DNA of 63,282 nucleotides, the filler included, from Octopus bimaculoides (taxonomy: Eukaryota): the NCBI RefSeq assembly GCF_001194135.2. It is 6 parts of 6 records of this genome, joined end to end, with 100 filler letters (N's around TTAATTAATTAA, not from the genome) between each part and the next. Parts side by side here need not be neighbours in the genome. Positions count along the whole stretch, not along the records: positions 15,843 to 37,402 come from NC_068994.1; positions 37,503 to 51,748 come from NC_068995.1; 4 more parts are not named here. One strand, 5' to 3'. How positions within the stretch are numbered: the first letter of the stretch is position 1; the number at the start of each line of letters is the position of its first letter. The position numbers and the translations under genes are program-made. This document shows, one piece after another, positions 36,987-51,335 of this stretch. Under the pieces are notes generated by a model that worked only from the letters and a program-made list of their open reading frames with translations, was not told where the DNA came from and did no database searches.

Positions 36987-38714
36987 AGGCAGAGGCATGG
37001 TTATATGGTTAAGAAACTGGCTTCCTAACCATGTGGTATCAAGTTCAGTCCTTCTGTGCAGCAGCTAGGGCAAATGTCTTCTACCACAGCCCCACCCAAC
37101 TATAAAGCCATGTGACTGGATTTGGAAGACGGAAACTGAAAAATGTATGTGTGTGTTTTTGTGTTTTGTCCTTGCCCTGACATCACGTAATGGTTTTAAA
37201 TGAGCATCACCATCATGCATGCAAGGTCATTCATTTCCAATTTTTTGTGAGAAATATATCTAACCATGGGAATACATTATCTCACTTGGAAACACTTCAG
37301 GGCCGATGACGGGAAATGCATCTATCTGTCCCATGCAAGCATAGGAAAGTGGACGTCATATGATGATGATAATGACAAAGTTTGTGTGTGTGTGTATATG
37401 GGNNNNNNNNNNNNNNNNNNNNNNNNNNNNNNNNNNNNNNNNNNNNTTAATTAATTAANNNNNNNNNNNNNNNNNNNNNNNNNNNNNNNNNNNNNNNNNN
37501 NNAAAATGTAACTACATGTGAATCGTTAGCGAATTTTTCCCCTCCGTCTTCCTTTTCTATTGAACTTTCCTCTGTTTTTTTTATGTATGTATAGAACTCA
37601 ATGAATTTTTATCCGACCATTTTATAGTATGTTCTTCCTTCGACTTTCGTATTTACTACTTTACTAAATGCACATCCATCCATCCATCCATCCATCCATC
37701 CATCCATCCATTCATCCATCCATCCATCCTTCCTTCCTTCCTTCCTTCCTTCCTTCCTTCCTTCCGTCCGTCCATCCATCCATCCATCCATCCATCTATC
37801 CATACATACGTACGTACATAAATACATACATACATACATACATACATACATACATACATACATTAAACAAAGCATACAAATCTGCACATATACATACATG
37901 AAAAAATACCCAGTTGATGTTGAAATTCCAAAAGAGCCTTGGATCTAGGTTAGAAACCGGCTCTTTCTCTATTGGCCAGAAATCTTGAAATAAAACTAAA
38001 TAATGACATACATACACAGATTTTTTTCCCTTCTGTATTTTCGTGATTATTTCGCACTCTTTAATCATATAAACCATCATTTGGTTTGTATAAAAAACGA
38101 TTAATTGAATTCAGACAATTTCATTTTACATTTTCACCTATTTACCATCACAAACATCATTTTTCAAACGATATAAAACAATAATTTAAATATACAATTG
38201 CGTTGTATATTTAGTTAAACATTTGCTAATCATACGTATTGAAGTTTCAAATTACTATACCAACCGTTCACGCAATTACTTTCCTTATTTCCATATCTTA
38301 TTAAGATATGAAATTTCAAATATTATATTGATAATTTTTTATAAATGTTTTCTATCAATTTAATATCAATATTTCTAAAGCGACCACAGCAATTCCTTAT
38401 TTTTAATAACTCTATTTAATATATAAATGCACTTCTGATGTTTATATTTTCTAGCCATCATATCTAAAATATATCACTCTTTATCTCATATCAAATATCA
38501 ACTTCTACATAAACATCTCCCTATTATGGTGATTTAATTCAAAAGTTTTAACGTTTTGACCAGTAGAAATACAAAATTGTAAGTGGAAATTGAACAGATT
38601 TGATATAAATGGAAACGAAAAAAAAAAAAAACTGCAATAGAATTCAACTTATGGAAAATTCAGTGGGAGGAGGTGGCGCTGGTGTAATGGTTATCGTGGT
38701 CGATTCCGATTGTA

Positions 38715-40470
38715 GTGTTTGAAGATTTCAACTTTAGTACAAGGCAATGACAATTTAAGGCAAGCACGGATTTCATTGGCTTTTGTTCCTTTAGGAATCA
38801 CCATCAGAGTCTGACGGTTGTCAATTGACAATACGATCGCTATTCCTACTAATTGTAATCCATTGTCACGCAAGTCCTGCAATGTCCTTCCAGCGTTCCC
38901 TTGTGAGCCATGCGCATTTTTCTGAGACGATCATCTAATGTCTCTTAAGATCTCGTACGGTTCCTGAATTCTTGGCAATGTGCAACAGGTGCAACATTTG
39001 TGTCCAAGTCGAATAGAATTCTGAAAGCAGAATGTGCTGCACGGTCCCAGGAAGGTGAGTGGGGACAATGTCCAGAGAAATAGCTATATCTTTATGTTGG
39101 CGGACTTTGCCAAGCAATAGATTAGTCAGAAATGTTTTTCCATTTCCTTCATTAACATCATAGAAATAAATTCTAGCTTATTATTGCCGGTCCTTATCAA
39201 AAATAGCGGAATGTATCGTTCTTTGGTCTGGAATGAGTTTGCGTTGTGTTCTTTGTCATTGACATATGTTACTAACATTACATGATGCTTCTTTCTGTTA
39301 TTATGTTATTGATTATTGACTTTTGTGTAGTTAGATTGAGGGAGGTCATATTTTTGAAGTTCTTTGCTATTTATATCCTTAAGCTTGTCGATGACAGTTG
39401 CATTGTTGATTTTATCTATATACTCTATTTTCATGCTGAGGTACTTCTGTTGAGCTTGATGTTTGAAATCTTTGGCAAGGCCGTCACGATACTTGAACTA
39501 AATATGAAACGTATTGATTAGATCATACACTCTTGGTTGTCTGAGACACAGAAGCTCTTGATTATGTTGCCGGGCATCTTTTTCCTGTCATGCAAGTTTC
39601 TATGTAGGTGGTGAAAACTTTGGCTTAGACTATTCGAAGATCTTGACATGAGTTTGAGCCTCTGAATTTATGGAGTAGTCGTAGAAAGACGTATTCATAT
39701 TGAATGACATTGTACACTGTATTCTCTTCCAATGGCATTGTCACAACTTAAATGGGATTTGCCTTCAGTAAGAGTATCCCGTTTTCTTCGTCTCTAATGT
39801 TTGTTGTTCCATGTATAGTAAGTAGAAACTGAAGATACTGCAATGATTTTGCAAAAGGGTCACTCTGGCATAGCTTGTGAAAGGTTGTAAACGTTGTGAG
39901 CCTTAGATTTCGTGCTTGTTGTGTAGTAGCTGATTGATGTAGTAAACTCACTGACCATTGCTAAACGAACAGCAAATTATTACGCAGGGATGTCTTTATC
40001 AAGAGAAAAGTCAAAAAGGCAAGAGAAATCGTCAATGATACTGATTAATTTTCCTTGCTGGAATTCGGAAATTTCAATGCGGCTGTTTTGTTTCACCAGG
40101 ACAAACATTACAGAGTCTGTTTCCCTGATGAAGCATTTTCTGACATTTGATGAACTTTATTGTAGAACTTAATTGATGTACGAATTAAATGTCTTGGTCA
40201 TCTGTCATTAAATTCAAAATATACATGCAAGGTTTGAGAAATTTTATCCTTTGTTGTTTTCTGTAAAAAGAAATATCCATTAACACATATTTGAGTCTCC
40301 TTGAAAACATTCCCTTAGAAACCATTTAGTGTATTTTTTTTCATGCAAAATGAATTCCTGTCGATGTCACCACAATGACCATGAATCATCTGCGTTTTTA
40401 CAATTCTGAAAAACTCTTGAAGGATCTGGAAGCTCCGCAGTTATAATGGACGTCCGACATCTTTTTCTGC
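38715..40470 (-). mobile_element. Helitron Rep/PIF1-helicase relic
   Basis: Broken frames give IITAELPDP..KTQMIHGHCG (Rep, about 40400), TTFTTFHKLCQSDPFAKSLQY, YDVNEGNGKTFLTNLLLGKVRQ (Walker A, about 39130) and LQDLRDNG..RQTLMVIPKGTKANEIRACLK. Confidence 0.8.
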
Positions 40471-41323
40471 TTGTCATTTTCATAGAAAGAATGCGCTTAC
40501 ATTCTTATTTAACACACAGTGAGGCTTTGTAATATTTAAATTTATCTCAGTTGTTTTGTTTAGCTCTGTGTTATGTATAAAATCGATATCCACAAATATA
40601 TAAATTAGGCTTAATTCACAACTGATTCATGTAGCCGCTGATCTAAGCTATTGTTTAAGGAAGCCGGACATGTCTTCTCCGAGGAGTGATCATCTGACTC
40701 TGAAACTGTCCGTCAGGAAACTTTCGCTATCTTTTTTGTACACCAGTTACATAGAAACAGTGTATGTAGATTCTTAGTTCATCCACAGTGAATCTATCTA
40801 AAAGCGCATACATATATAAATTAAATATACGCACAAGGACGTCATCAGTAGGCAAAAAGAGGAGGGTATTCGAAAGTTGCTGGTGTAATACATTTGCTGG
40901 TATTGTCAAAAATTAGATTCATGATCCACCAAGACAAAGAAATGTGAAAACTGTAGAGATTTACACACGGAGAAAATGGATTTGAGTTTTACGACATTTC
41001 AGTTAAACTTGATAAATCCTAGTTGTAGTAAGTGGTGACACCAGNNNNNNNNNNNNNNNNNNNNNNNNNNNNNNNNNNNNNNNNNNNNNNNNNNNNNNNN
41101 NNNNNNNNNNNNNNNNNNNNNNNNNNNNNNNNNNNNNNNNNNNNNNNNNNNNNNNNNNNNNNNNNNNNNNNNNNNNNNNNNNNNNNNNNNNNNNNNNNNN
41201 NNNNNNNNNNNNNNNNNNNNNNNNNNNNNNNNNNNNNNNNNNNNNNNNNNNNNNNNNNNNNNNNNNNNNNNNNNNNNNNNNNNNNNNNNNNNNNNNNNNN
41301 NNNNNNNNNNNNNNNNNNNNNNN

Positions 41324-41389
<66 letters not shown>

Positions 41390-41614
41390 ACACAGAATGA
41401 ATACATAGTTATAAAATGTCAAGGTAGGTACCATATGAGCACTCAAATATAATCCGGGTTCTCGTTAATATACTGTATAACTGACTGTGGGGAAAAATAT
41501 GCAGTTGTACTATCTCCATAGTCATTGTAATTATCTCATACATATATACATACATACATACATACATGCATACGTATACACACACACACGCACACACGCA
41601 CACACACACACACA

Positions 41615-41653
<39 letters not shown>

Positions 41654-42479
41654 ACATATATATATTAATATGTGTATCCTGCTTTATTTTTCATGTATGT
41701 AATTTTGTAATTATATATATTATCATTTTATTATATTTAAATGCACTAATATACACGCACACAAACACACTCTGATACACACACACGCACAACACATATA
41801 ATGTAGCTTCGAATTAATCTAGCCCACAGTCTACTGAACAATTATATTAATCATAATATTTTTCTGATTTTGATGACCTCAGATTTCAAGTTTATAATCT
41901 TAGTTGGATTTTATGAAAAGAATCGTTCAAACCAGAGAGCCATTAGAAGAAGCAGCATTGGAGTTGTCGTTGAATGAATTCTGTCGGAATGAACAATTCA
42001 TGGTCTATTGTGAATTGTTTTTAAGTCAGCTGCACTAAAATTAGTGATTTTAAGCAATGCAGCGATAAGAAAATTTCAATAGTTCTGAAGAAAACAAGTA
42101 GAAAAGAAATCACATTTGCTTCTCTTTTAGAACGTTGTGTTTCTATACAGTTGGATGATTTGGTCGTCGGTGTCAGGAACTTCAGAATTGTTGCTTTTGA
42201 AGAAAGAAAGCGTCGACCATGTTGTATAGATCTATTAGCGATATATCTTTTGTAAATACATTCGTTGAAATAGTTGTACCAATACAGTTAAATAAACATT
42301 TATTGTTGCAAAAACCGATAAAATGCAACGTTTTGGATTTTGCAAATAACATCTACGTTCTTTATTTTAACGTTAAAGAGTATATCAGTAAATTCTGATG
42401 CTTTATTTCATGTTGCTGCGAATAAGTCTTGCTTACAGTGTTGTCAACTTGGATCGGTGTAATATGGGGATGACTCCTA

Positions 42480-43320
42480 GTCTTATCCTTTGGAAATGTG
42501 GAAAAAATACAGGGACACCCTACAGTCGACTAGGGAATGTGTTGGTTTCCAAACCCGGGCGAGAAAACGTTTCCTTTCTAGAGAGAACCTCGCATTGGTG
42601 GATCGTACCCGCAGAACGTGGCTTGGTGTAACCCATGGTGATTTGCTTTGTGGGCTGAGATGTGGAGTAGTCAGAGCATTGAGGCCCGACGAGGAAAAGC
42701 AAGTCTGAGAAATCTGTGAGGAGGTCGAGAGTCTGCTTCACACGTCTGACTCACATATTGCCCAAAGAGGAATCACTATGTGAAGGAATCGCTTCACTCC
42801 TTTCAGGAGAAAAGGGTGAAGTCTCTCCCTCGGTGTTCTGAAGTTTTAGACTTTGATGGCACGCTTCCGACGGAGGGGCCAAAGGTGGTGTCTCGCTGGG
42901 CATCGTACATTGAGGAGTTGTATAAGGTAGTCCCACCTTGTACTGATCTGAATACCACGATACCTTCAGCACTGGAACCGACCAGCTCGTCAGCTGTGAG
43001 CTGCCGTCCCAAGACGAAGCTCGTGCAGCAGTAAATCAGCTGAAAAGCGGGAAGGCATCTGGTGTTAGTGGCAACCATGGGGAGAAGATCAAGAAAGGTA
43101 GGCTCGCTGCAGTCTTGTTCTTCGGCAGATCATCTGCTCAGTCTGGAGCTGCAGCATCGTACCACCTGACTGGAAAAGGAGCACAATTATTCCACTACGG
43201 TAAGGTAAAAGGTGACTGCCACGACTGTAACAGTTATAGCGCTGTTCACTCCTCTCAGTGCCCGGCAAGGTCTTTGCTAGGGTTATCTTGAACAGAGTGC
43301 AAAATCATCTGCTTGCGTCT
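42480..43320 (+). mobile_element. RTE-clade LINE fragment (pre-RT region and RT start)
   Basis: VVSRWASYIEELYKV, QLKSGKASG, PPDWKR, KGDCHDCNSYSAV-LLSVPGKVFARVILNR, read across frameshifts. Confidence 0.75.
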
Positions 43321-45399
43321 CAGCGTCTTGCGTCTCAAAATCAATCTTTGTTCTCTGGAACATAAACGTTCTACCGTTCCCTTCCGCTCTCGTTTCCCCG
43401 CAGGTTAAACCATGAAAACAAAACACGCATACACACGTGCACACAAGTACATTTTACATTCATACATATGTACGTGTGGTGCTAGAAAGCGATAATACAC
43501 CCTTATTAAAATGAAATAGCTAGATTAAGAGAAAATTTGCCTGTCATTATAGCATGTTATTCCTAAATAAAAGTATTGCTGTCTACTTTACACTCGCCCA
43601 GCTTATATAAAAATCGCTCGATGATCAGATCACTTTTGGAGGATTCAGTAACAGTTTTTATTGAAAGGAACTCCAGTTCTTCCCACGTTTAGCTTCCCTC
43701 TCCAAAACAAGCTCTTTGAAAACTGACATGAAATACAGTCACTTTGTCTATCCGTCCTTGTTGAAAGAATGCAACAGACTGAATCTCAAAACTGATTCAA
43801 CAAGCTTGTCTGTCGTTCGAGAAAAGCCCTTCGACAGAGCTAAAAAAAAGGAATGTTTTTAAATATTTGATTTTTTTTCCTTTTCCCGAGATTTTATCGA
43901 CACAGCATACGATTTTCCCTCAGCATACGATGAAGAAAGTGTTTATCGATGAAGAAGTGTTTATCAGTTTTCTCGTCTCCCCACAGCAGATGACTAAGTG
44001 ATCTTATCAACACAGTAGCACCCTCGCTTCCCTGCGGTATTCAAACAACCAAATTTACGAACTTACAAAATGGCTTTTACCAACACAGACCGTATTAGAT
44101 TCTTCGATCTCCGGTTTTATTTAATAATCGAGATCAGTATCACATACTTTATAAGTACTTCAGCAGCACCAAAAACTGAAGTCCATGGAATGACATATTT
44201 TTAAATGCTTCTATTCAGTTGTAGGGCATAGATGAGTCTGATAAGAATTGCATACTGACTCTGTTAATATGTGTGTTAAAAGATTTCAGAGTGAAGAATA
44301 ACTATAACTTTTGATAATATCTAGTCATAAAGAAGAAACAGGAATAGTCATAAACTGAAACCATTCATATTGGAACAGTGGAATTGTTCAATAAGTTAGA
44401 GTAAAAAGGACAATTCAAAACATTGAAATAGATTTAACAAATAATTAAAACCTTTATAACAAATAATTTGTTAAAAATGAGTGTGAATATTGGAAAGTTG
44501 ATAAAGCATAACATGAAGGTGATATACAGTAGTTTCTCGAACAGCGCTTTTGGAAGCTAATATCAAAGCATTAGCAATGAATATGACCTGAACTGAATGT
44601 ACGATAAATCAAATCATATATGAGATGAACCAATGAGCGCACACTATGCAGTCACTCGAAACACAGAGAGAGAAAAAATGGAGCCAAATCTCCCACAAAT
44701 GCATCCAATTTTTTTTTGAAAAAGAAGCTTAGATTTTATAACTTTATTACTATTCTTAAAATTATATAATTTAACAACTCAAAAGACAAACACAGTAAAA
44801 CTATTGGAATATCCCGCTAAAATGCTTTAAGGCAACCCAGAACATTATTGGTGTTATTGTGGATGGTTGAGAAACTGAGGTGCTGGAACAGCCAAGCACC
44901 CACTTGACGAGTATTATTTGATAGTTTCAATGAAACGAAACGAAATAGTGACAAAACCTTCATTCTTAGAGGAGCGGTTTTTCGATTGTCTCGAAAGCCA
45001 AGATTGAATAATATAAATCGCTAGCAAATTACGATATTTCAAGATATGTTCCATTCAGCTACTGATACAGTAACCCCTACCTGTATCGCAGAATTTAAGA
45101 TATTGGCAGTTATGTAGAGAGGTCACATGATCTCATTGTACCTCCTTCGCCAAGCATACATAATCCATACCTGATATAGGTCTTACGTTATTTAATGACT
45201 GTGTTACTTTTAAGAAACATTTTCGAATTATCTAAAGGAAAAATTCTCCTAGAAAGATTAAAAGAATGTTAAACGTTCATCTAGCTATCAGCTATTTGCT
45301 ATGTACGGATGGCAACGCTTCTAGGTGTAGCTCCAGAAGGAATAATTGTGGAAGCTGGGATTGGTGGGAAAGTTAAAACATGAATGACGAGAGGGAAAG

Positions 45400-45760
45400 A
45401 AAACCGTGAATCAAGTTGGAATGAGGGCCTGCAACCATCTGTTCTACAGGCATAGTGAATGTTACAGTAAAGATAGAAGAGTCAAACCGCATGTACGTGA
45501 GCTGGTGGTTGCGTATATCTTTGTCACTGAGTCGGATCTTCTTCATTTGAATGCAATCTAGTCTATTTTTATATAAGTAGCAACAGCATCGTTCCAGGTA
45601 TGTGAGCGGTACTACAACTTTTCAAAGGGACTAGTAATCTATTAGGGCTTATCTTCTTACTCTGAAGAGGAAATTTAACTTTTTAGATGCGATTTTTGTG
45701 ATGCTGTAGATGTGAGGACTGTGAAAGATCATTGGATTTGAAGCCTAATGTCGTCAGCAA
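45400..45760 (-). mobile_element. CR1/L2-group LINE RT C-terminal relic
   Basis: Minus strand gives NDLS..HIYSITKIASKKLNFLFRVRR and a downstream LFYLYCN segment. Confidence 0.55.
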
Positions 45761-46364
45761 TTGTCTGATAAAGACAATTTCATCTGATAAAGAATGGTAT
45801 AAGACAGGATAAACTGGATACCTCAACAAAATCGTTGAATCTCCATCCCATATTATATAACTCTCTCACACATAAGTACAAACATGCACAGATGTGTACA
45901 TAAAATAAACCTATCATGTCTTTTCTGATAACATTTTGGAGTAAAACTGTAGGAGATGGACTACGCATGTTGGTTACACTTTCTCACCTGAGAACCTTCA
46001 CAGGGAGAAGAAAAGCTGGAGATTATCCCAAATAGTTTAATTGACAAATACCTCAGGTAATAAACATTTTTGTACCTAGTATATGCCTCTGATATTCTGT
46101 TTGCTTTCTGTCCCGCTTGCTTTTCTATTTAAATCTAATTAATCATTTCACTCGAGCAGAACTTTAGTATCTTTCTATGAAACAAAATACGCAACAGGTA
46201 AATTCTAAGTGTAACTTAAATATGTGTCATTTAGAGAAGTGAATGTTGCAGAGTACAGGAGATAAAAGGGGGATTGAAAGATATTACAACGAAAATGTTT
46301 TAAATTTCTTCCAATGGTATATTTTAAGGAATGCTGCTAAACAACATACGCAGAATTGCTACTG

Positions 46365-46575
46365 GTGAGCTGGCAGAATCGTTAGCATACCGGGCGAAAT
46401 TCTTAGCGGTATTTCGTCCGTCTTTACTTTCTGAGTTCAAGTTCCACCGAAGTCGACTTCACCTTTCATCCTTCCATGGTCGATAAAATAAGTACCAATT
46501 ACGCACTGGGGTCGATCTAATCGTCTGGTCCCCTCCTACAAATTTCAGGCTTTGTGCCTATAGCAGAAAGGATTA
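46365..46575 (+). mobile_element. SINE family B copy, well preserved
   Basis: GGTGAGCTGGCAGAATCGTTAGCATACCGGGCGAAAT..GAGTTCAAGTTCC..GTCGATAAAATAAGTACC. Confidence 0.8.
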
Positions 46576-47748
46576 TATAAAGGACGAGATATACGCTATG
46601 CAATCAAATTCAGCCACTGTCGGTTATAATTATCATATTCACTACTTTTTGATATTTTATAAACAAATATTCTTAGACTTAATATCATGCTTACCACTCT
46701 CATGAATCTTTAATCAATCAATCAAAACCCATAGCCTTGGGAGGCTGTAGGCACACATCACGAGACAGAACCTCTTCCCTCCCCCTTTCCCAGTGATCAA
46801 CCAGTCTCAAGTTCTCCAGTGTTTTCAGAGATCTCCTTGATACTTTACAAAAGACGCATAGAAAACCCATCGGGAGTTTGTCCATGCATTGTCCATCTTT
46901 CATATGAATATAAAAATAACGTTTTCATCAGTTAATACAAATCAATGTTGACTGAATATATACGCATTCATAATTTATGAAGTAATCCTTTGTAATATTA
47001 TCCCCTTGGATATTTCATAACCCTGCAATAGAGCAAATGGTCGGATGGGACATTAATTTACTGAAATTGAATATCAGTACACTCTGTAGAAGTGTGCAGA
47101 GATGTTTTTGTCTTTTACTTCATGTGTTTCAGTTGAAAACACGTTCACTTGTACTCTTCTCTGTCATCGTTCTCTGAAGAATTAATTCTGCAGCTGCAAA
47201 CAAGGTGATTAAAAACAAAACAAAAAACAAGAAACAATCGAATTTATTTTTGTGATAAGAATACATCAGATTAATGCTTCTGAAATCCCAAAGATAATCA
47301 ATCGCTGTACATAATTGCTATCAATCGATACAATCAATCACTAGTTGTTTTTATTGTTATAGTAAATGATATTTATTGCAGTGGTAATGTAGTAATGTAG
47401 GGGTGGAATTGTGTGTTTGTGCGCGTGCGTGTGTCTGTGTGTCTGTGTGTCTGTGTGCCAGGTGGTGCTTGGGTAGGAGTGTTGAGTGTTGTCGAAATAT
47501 TAGTGGTAAGTGAGTAGTAGTGTATCTTGATTTGATGATAGTGCTTTGCTAGTAGGTTTAGTGAGTGGGGAGTGGGTGGTTGCGGATGTGTGTTAGGATT
47601 TTTAAAGATAGCGTCGGGGAGAGANNNNNNNNNNNNNNNNNNNNNNNNNNNNNNNNNNNNNNGGGGGGGGGGGGAGGATGCTTCTGAAAAACAAATGGAA
47701 TGATTTTCTTCCAGTAGAATAGAAACAAGTAAAAAATAGTTTTACAAA

Positions 47749-47779
<31 letters not shown>

Positions 47780-48853
47780 ATATATAGATAAATAAATAAA
47801 CAACAGAAACAACACCGGAAAACAAGTCACTGACGGAGCCTCTACGTGGTCACACGAACTGCAAGAAATGACAACCAAATCTCTCTCAAACTATACATCA
47901 TTGTCTTACAAAACACAGACAATAATGTAATCCACGATACTTTCTAACCAATCAAAAAAAAAAAAGAAAAAAAAAAAGAAAACAAAAAGAAAAGATAGGC
48001 TTCAATGCCTTTAATCATTTATATGCTCAATGACGGGTCAAGTAACAACAGTCGCAGCAACAACAACAACAGTCGCAGCAAAGTAATCACCGGAAATTGT
48101 GCAAGGTCAATGTTAATGAATATACATTTCGCATTTAATTTAGTAAATGAGCTGAGAGTAATTAAGAATATCATTATTTGTTAATTTACTTTATATAATG
48201 TCATCTCAGATGTTTGTTTATATGGGGTGTAGTAGAAATTAATAATTCGTATAATTTTAAAACTTTGTATAAAAGATTTAATTTTTCGTAAATCATCGAA
48301 TCATAATTAGCGAAAAAGCACCCCCCCCCCAAAAAAAAACAAACAAACAAAAAACAAAAACAAGAAATGAATATTGAAATTATTGCATGCTATCAATTTG
48401 AAGTTCTTCATTGCCATATAATATTCTTTAATATTCATTAGGTGAAAGGTATTAGATCGATAATTCTTTCTATCAAAGAAATTATCAAAGTTCGATACTC
48501 AAAAAATCAAATTTAATATTTCGCTTTATTTTAAAGTAGCCAAATTTATTAACTTAATTCGTGGAAAGTCCAATTTATTTTGAAAAATTTAAGACTGTCG
48601 GAAGTTTAGAGAGGACCGTGACATACACGATTTCCTTTGAAGCCTTTTCCTGAAACATGTGATACTTGAGGTACCGTAAAGTTCACATGGGTAGTGTTAA
48701 AGGGGGTAGTCTTAGGAGAGAATATCATTGAGTACTATATTCTGTGTTATACACTTGTCATCTCTTGTGTATTGAGAATTGTGAACTTTACGCCAAGAAG
48801 TAAACAATTTTAGCTATAGAGCAAAACCGAAAATACTCTATCACCATATTATT

Positions 48854-48901
<48 letters not shown>

Positions 48902-49214
48902 ATATAGAATATGAGGGGTTTAGTTCATTGATGATCTAAACCAATAGGTACGCTGCGTAAGTGCTATAATTGGTCATCCGTTAGGTTCCAAGCTCACTGC
49001 TGAGGCTGAAGCTAGGGATCCTTAGTAGATTTCCGAGTCAGCAGGTATATATTAAAGAAAAAGGAAAACAAAAGCAAAGCAGGATGAGTATCTCAGGTCA
49101 TTTAGAATATTTAATTAGAGTAAGGTGAATCAAAAAAGAAGTAGAAGTAATTACAAATGACCTGAGATATTCGTCCTGCTTTGATTTTTCCTTCGTTTTC
49201 TTGTTGTATATNNN

Positions 49215-49412
49215 NNNNNNNCTTCTTTTACTTGTTTCAGTCATTAAACTGCAGCAGTACTGGGGCACCGCCTTGAGGAATCTTAGTCGAACGAATCAAC
49301 CTCAGTACTTATTTGTTTAAAGCCTGGTACTTATTCTATCAGTTTCTGTTGCCGAACGGCTCAGTTACGGGGACGTAAACGTACCAACGCCTGTTGTCAA
49401 GAGGTGGTGGTG

Positions 49413-49465
<53 letters not shown>

Positions 49466-49590
49466 CAAGCACACATCTGTCAAATCCACTCACTCAGGTC
49501 GGCCCGAGGCTATAGCTGAAGACACTTGCCCAAGATGCCATGGAGTGGGATTGAACCCGGAACCATATAGCTGGGAAGCAGTTGGACAAA
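49215..49590 (-). mobile_element. SINE family A copy
   Basis: Homologous to 1030-1457. Confidence 0.75.
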
Positions 49591-49778
49591 TAACGGTCTA
49601 TTACAACTCAATGTATTTATAATTAATGGTCTCCACATGCACTGATCTTTAAGTAATGTGTTATCACTGTAATTCTCTAATCGGATGCACATTCAGAGAG
49701 CAACTAAATACTGAGATATATACTGAGAATATATAACAATGGAACACAGACTACATAATTAAATTTATTAGTTTACAG

Positions 49779-50053
49779 CTACTTTCCATAAAGAGAAGGA
49801 GCTATACTATGCAAAGAGAATTGCACTACTGTCTCTCAGATTCAACTGAACGAAGTGGATTCTTTCTTAGAGAAAAAATAATGTATACTCATGATGTGTA
49901 TGAGCTCAATCTGCGAAGAATTAGCGCCAGAGAAAACACTATAGCAGATGAGTTTGAAATCACAAGGGTTTATAATTTCAAGAACTGCTGGAATTTCGTT
50001 TATGACCAGGAAGAGATTCAGAGAGGAATCAGACACGCTCGGCTGGTCACACT
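49779..50053 (+). CDS. Candidate coding exon of an unidentified gene
   Basis: Acceptor TTAGTTTACAG|, 91 open codons plus 2 nt in non-repetitive sequence, donor CT|GTACGT. The ATG at 49809 has A at -3. No family recognised. Confidence 0.45.
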
Positions 50054-50712
50054 GTACGTAACCATAGTTAATGTTGCCGAACCATACACATACTCATATT
50101 CGTAAGAACATACATACATTAATAGATAAATAGATGCATACATACATAAAATATATACATACATATGCATGTGTGTGTGTGCGAGTATATATATATATAT
50201 NNNNNNNNNNNNNNNNNNNNNNNNNNNNNNNNNNNNNNNNNNNNNNNNNNNNNNNNNNNNNNNNNNNNNNNNNNNNNNNNNNNNNNNNNNNNNNNNNNNN
50301 NNNNNNNNNNNNNNNNNNNNNNNNNNNNNNNNNNNNNNNNNNNNNNNNNNNNNNNNNNNNNNNNNNNNNNNNNNNNNNNNNNNNNNNNNNNNNNNNNNNN
50401 NNNNNNNNNNNNNNNNNNNNNNNNNNNNNNNNNNNNNNNNNNNNNNNNNNNNNNNNNNNNNNNNNNNNNNNNNNNNNNNNNNNNNNNNNNNNNNNNNNNN
50501 NNNNNNNNNNNNNNNNNNNNNNNNNNNNNNNNNNNNNNNNNNNNNNNNNNNNNNNNNNNNNNNNNNNNNNNNNNNNNNNNNNNNNNNNNNNNNNNNNNNN
50601 NNNNNNNNNNNNNNNNNNNNNNNNNNNNNNNNNNNNNNNNNNNNNNNNNNNNNNNNNNNNNNNNNNNNNNNNNNNNNNNNNNNNNNNNNNNACACACACA
50701 CACACACACACA

Positions 50713-51335
50713 CAGAGGATGCGGTGAATAAATTGTCATCTAAATTACACAAAAAGGAAAATAACACAGACTTCTTATTTTAGCAGATATATTTACCAAA
50801 ATTACATAAAAATATTTCGAAATACTAGAGTAAGTTTATTCAATAAAATCGCCATTGGCTTCAACCATGGCCTCCAGATGACTTCGGAATCTCCTGCAAC
50901 TCTTCTGGACGGTATCCTTGCTTAAGTTGCTGAATGCTGCCATAATCCTTGCCTTCAGTTCATCTTTGGTGTTACAAGGAGTTTTGTTGGTCTCCCGTTC
51001 GACTTCGCCTCACACATAATAATCAAGAGGGTTGCAGCCTGGGGAGTTATGTGGTCAGATGTTAGGGGTGATGTGGTCGCAGAAATTCTCTGATAGCCAT
51101 GGCTGGGTTCTCCTGCTCGTGTGGCATGGTGCAGAGTCCTGTTGCCTGACATAGGCTCTTCCAGCATCCATCTTCTTCACCCAGGGCAACACTGCCTCCT
51201 TCAGTAACTGGATGTAGGCCCCCGTGTTGAGTCTGAGACCGTGTGGGAAGATGAATGGAGGCATAATGTCGCCATCACTAGTGATCACTCGAAACACCAT
51301 GATGTTGACTGGATGTTTGATTTTTATCACTCTCG
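50713..51335 (-). mobile_element. Tc1/mariner DD37D (maT-type) transposon, 3' part with probable terminal repeat
   Basis: KHPVNIMVF..RQQDSAPCHTSRRTQPWLSENFCDHITPNI*PHNSPGCNPLDYYV*GEVE..ANGDFIE* shows DD37D spacing. CAGAGGATGCGGTGAATAAATTG at 50713 is the likely end. Confidence 0.85.

Noticed and set aside
45450-45550. Plus-strand FN3-like peptide GIVNVTVKIEESNRMYVSW after an acceptor-like site
   Set aside because: The opposite strand is better explained as a CR1/L2 RT relic, and the plus frame soon stops.
47133-47204. Segment with a strong acceptor and an AAG|GTGATT donor
   Set aside because: All three plus frames contain stops and there is no other support; at best a UTR exon.
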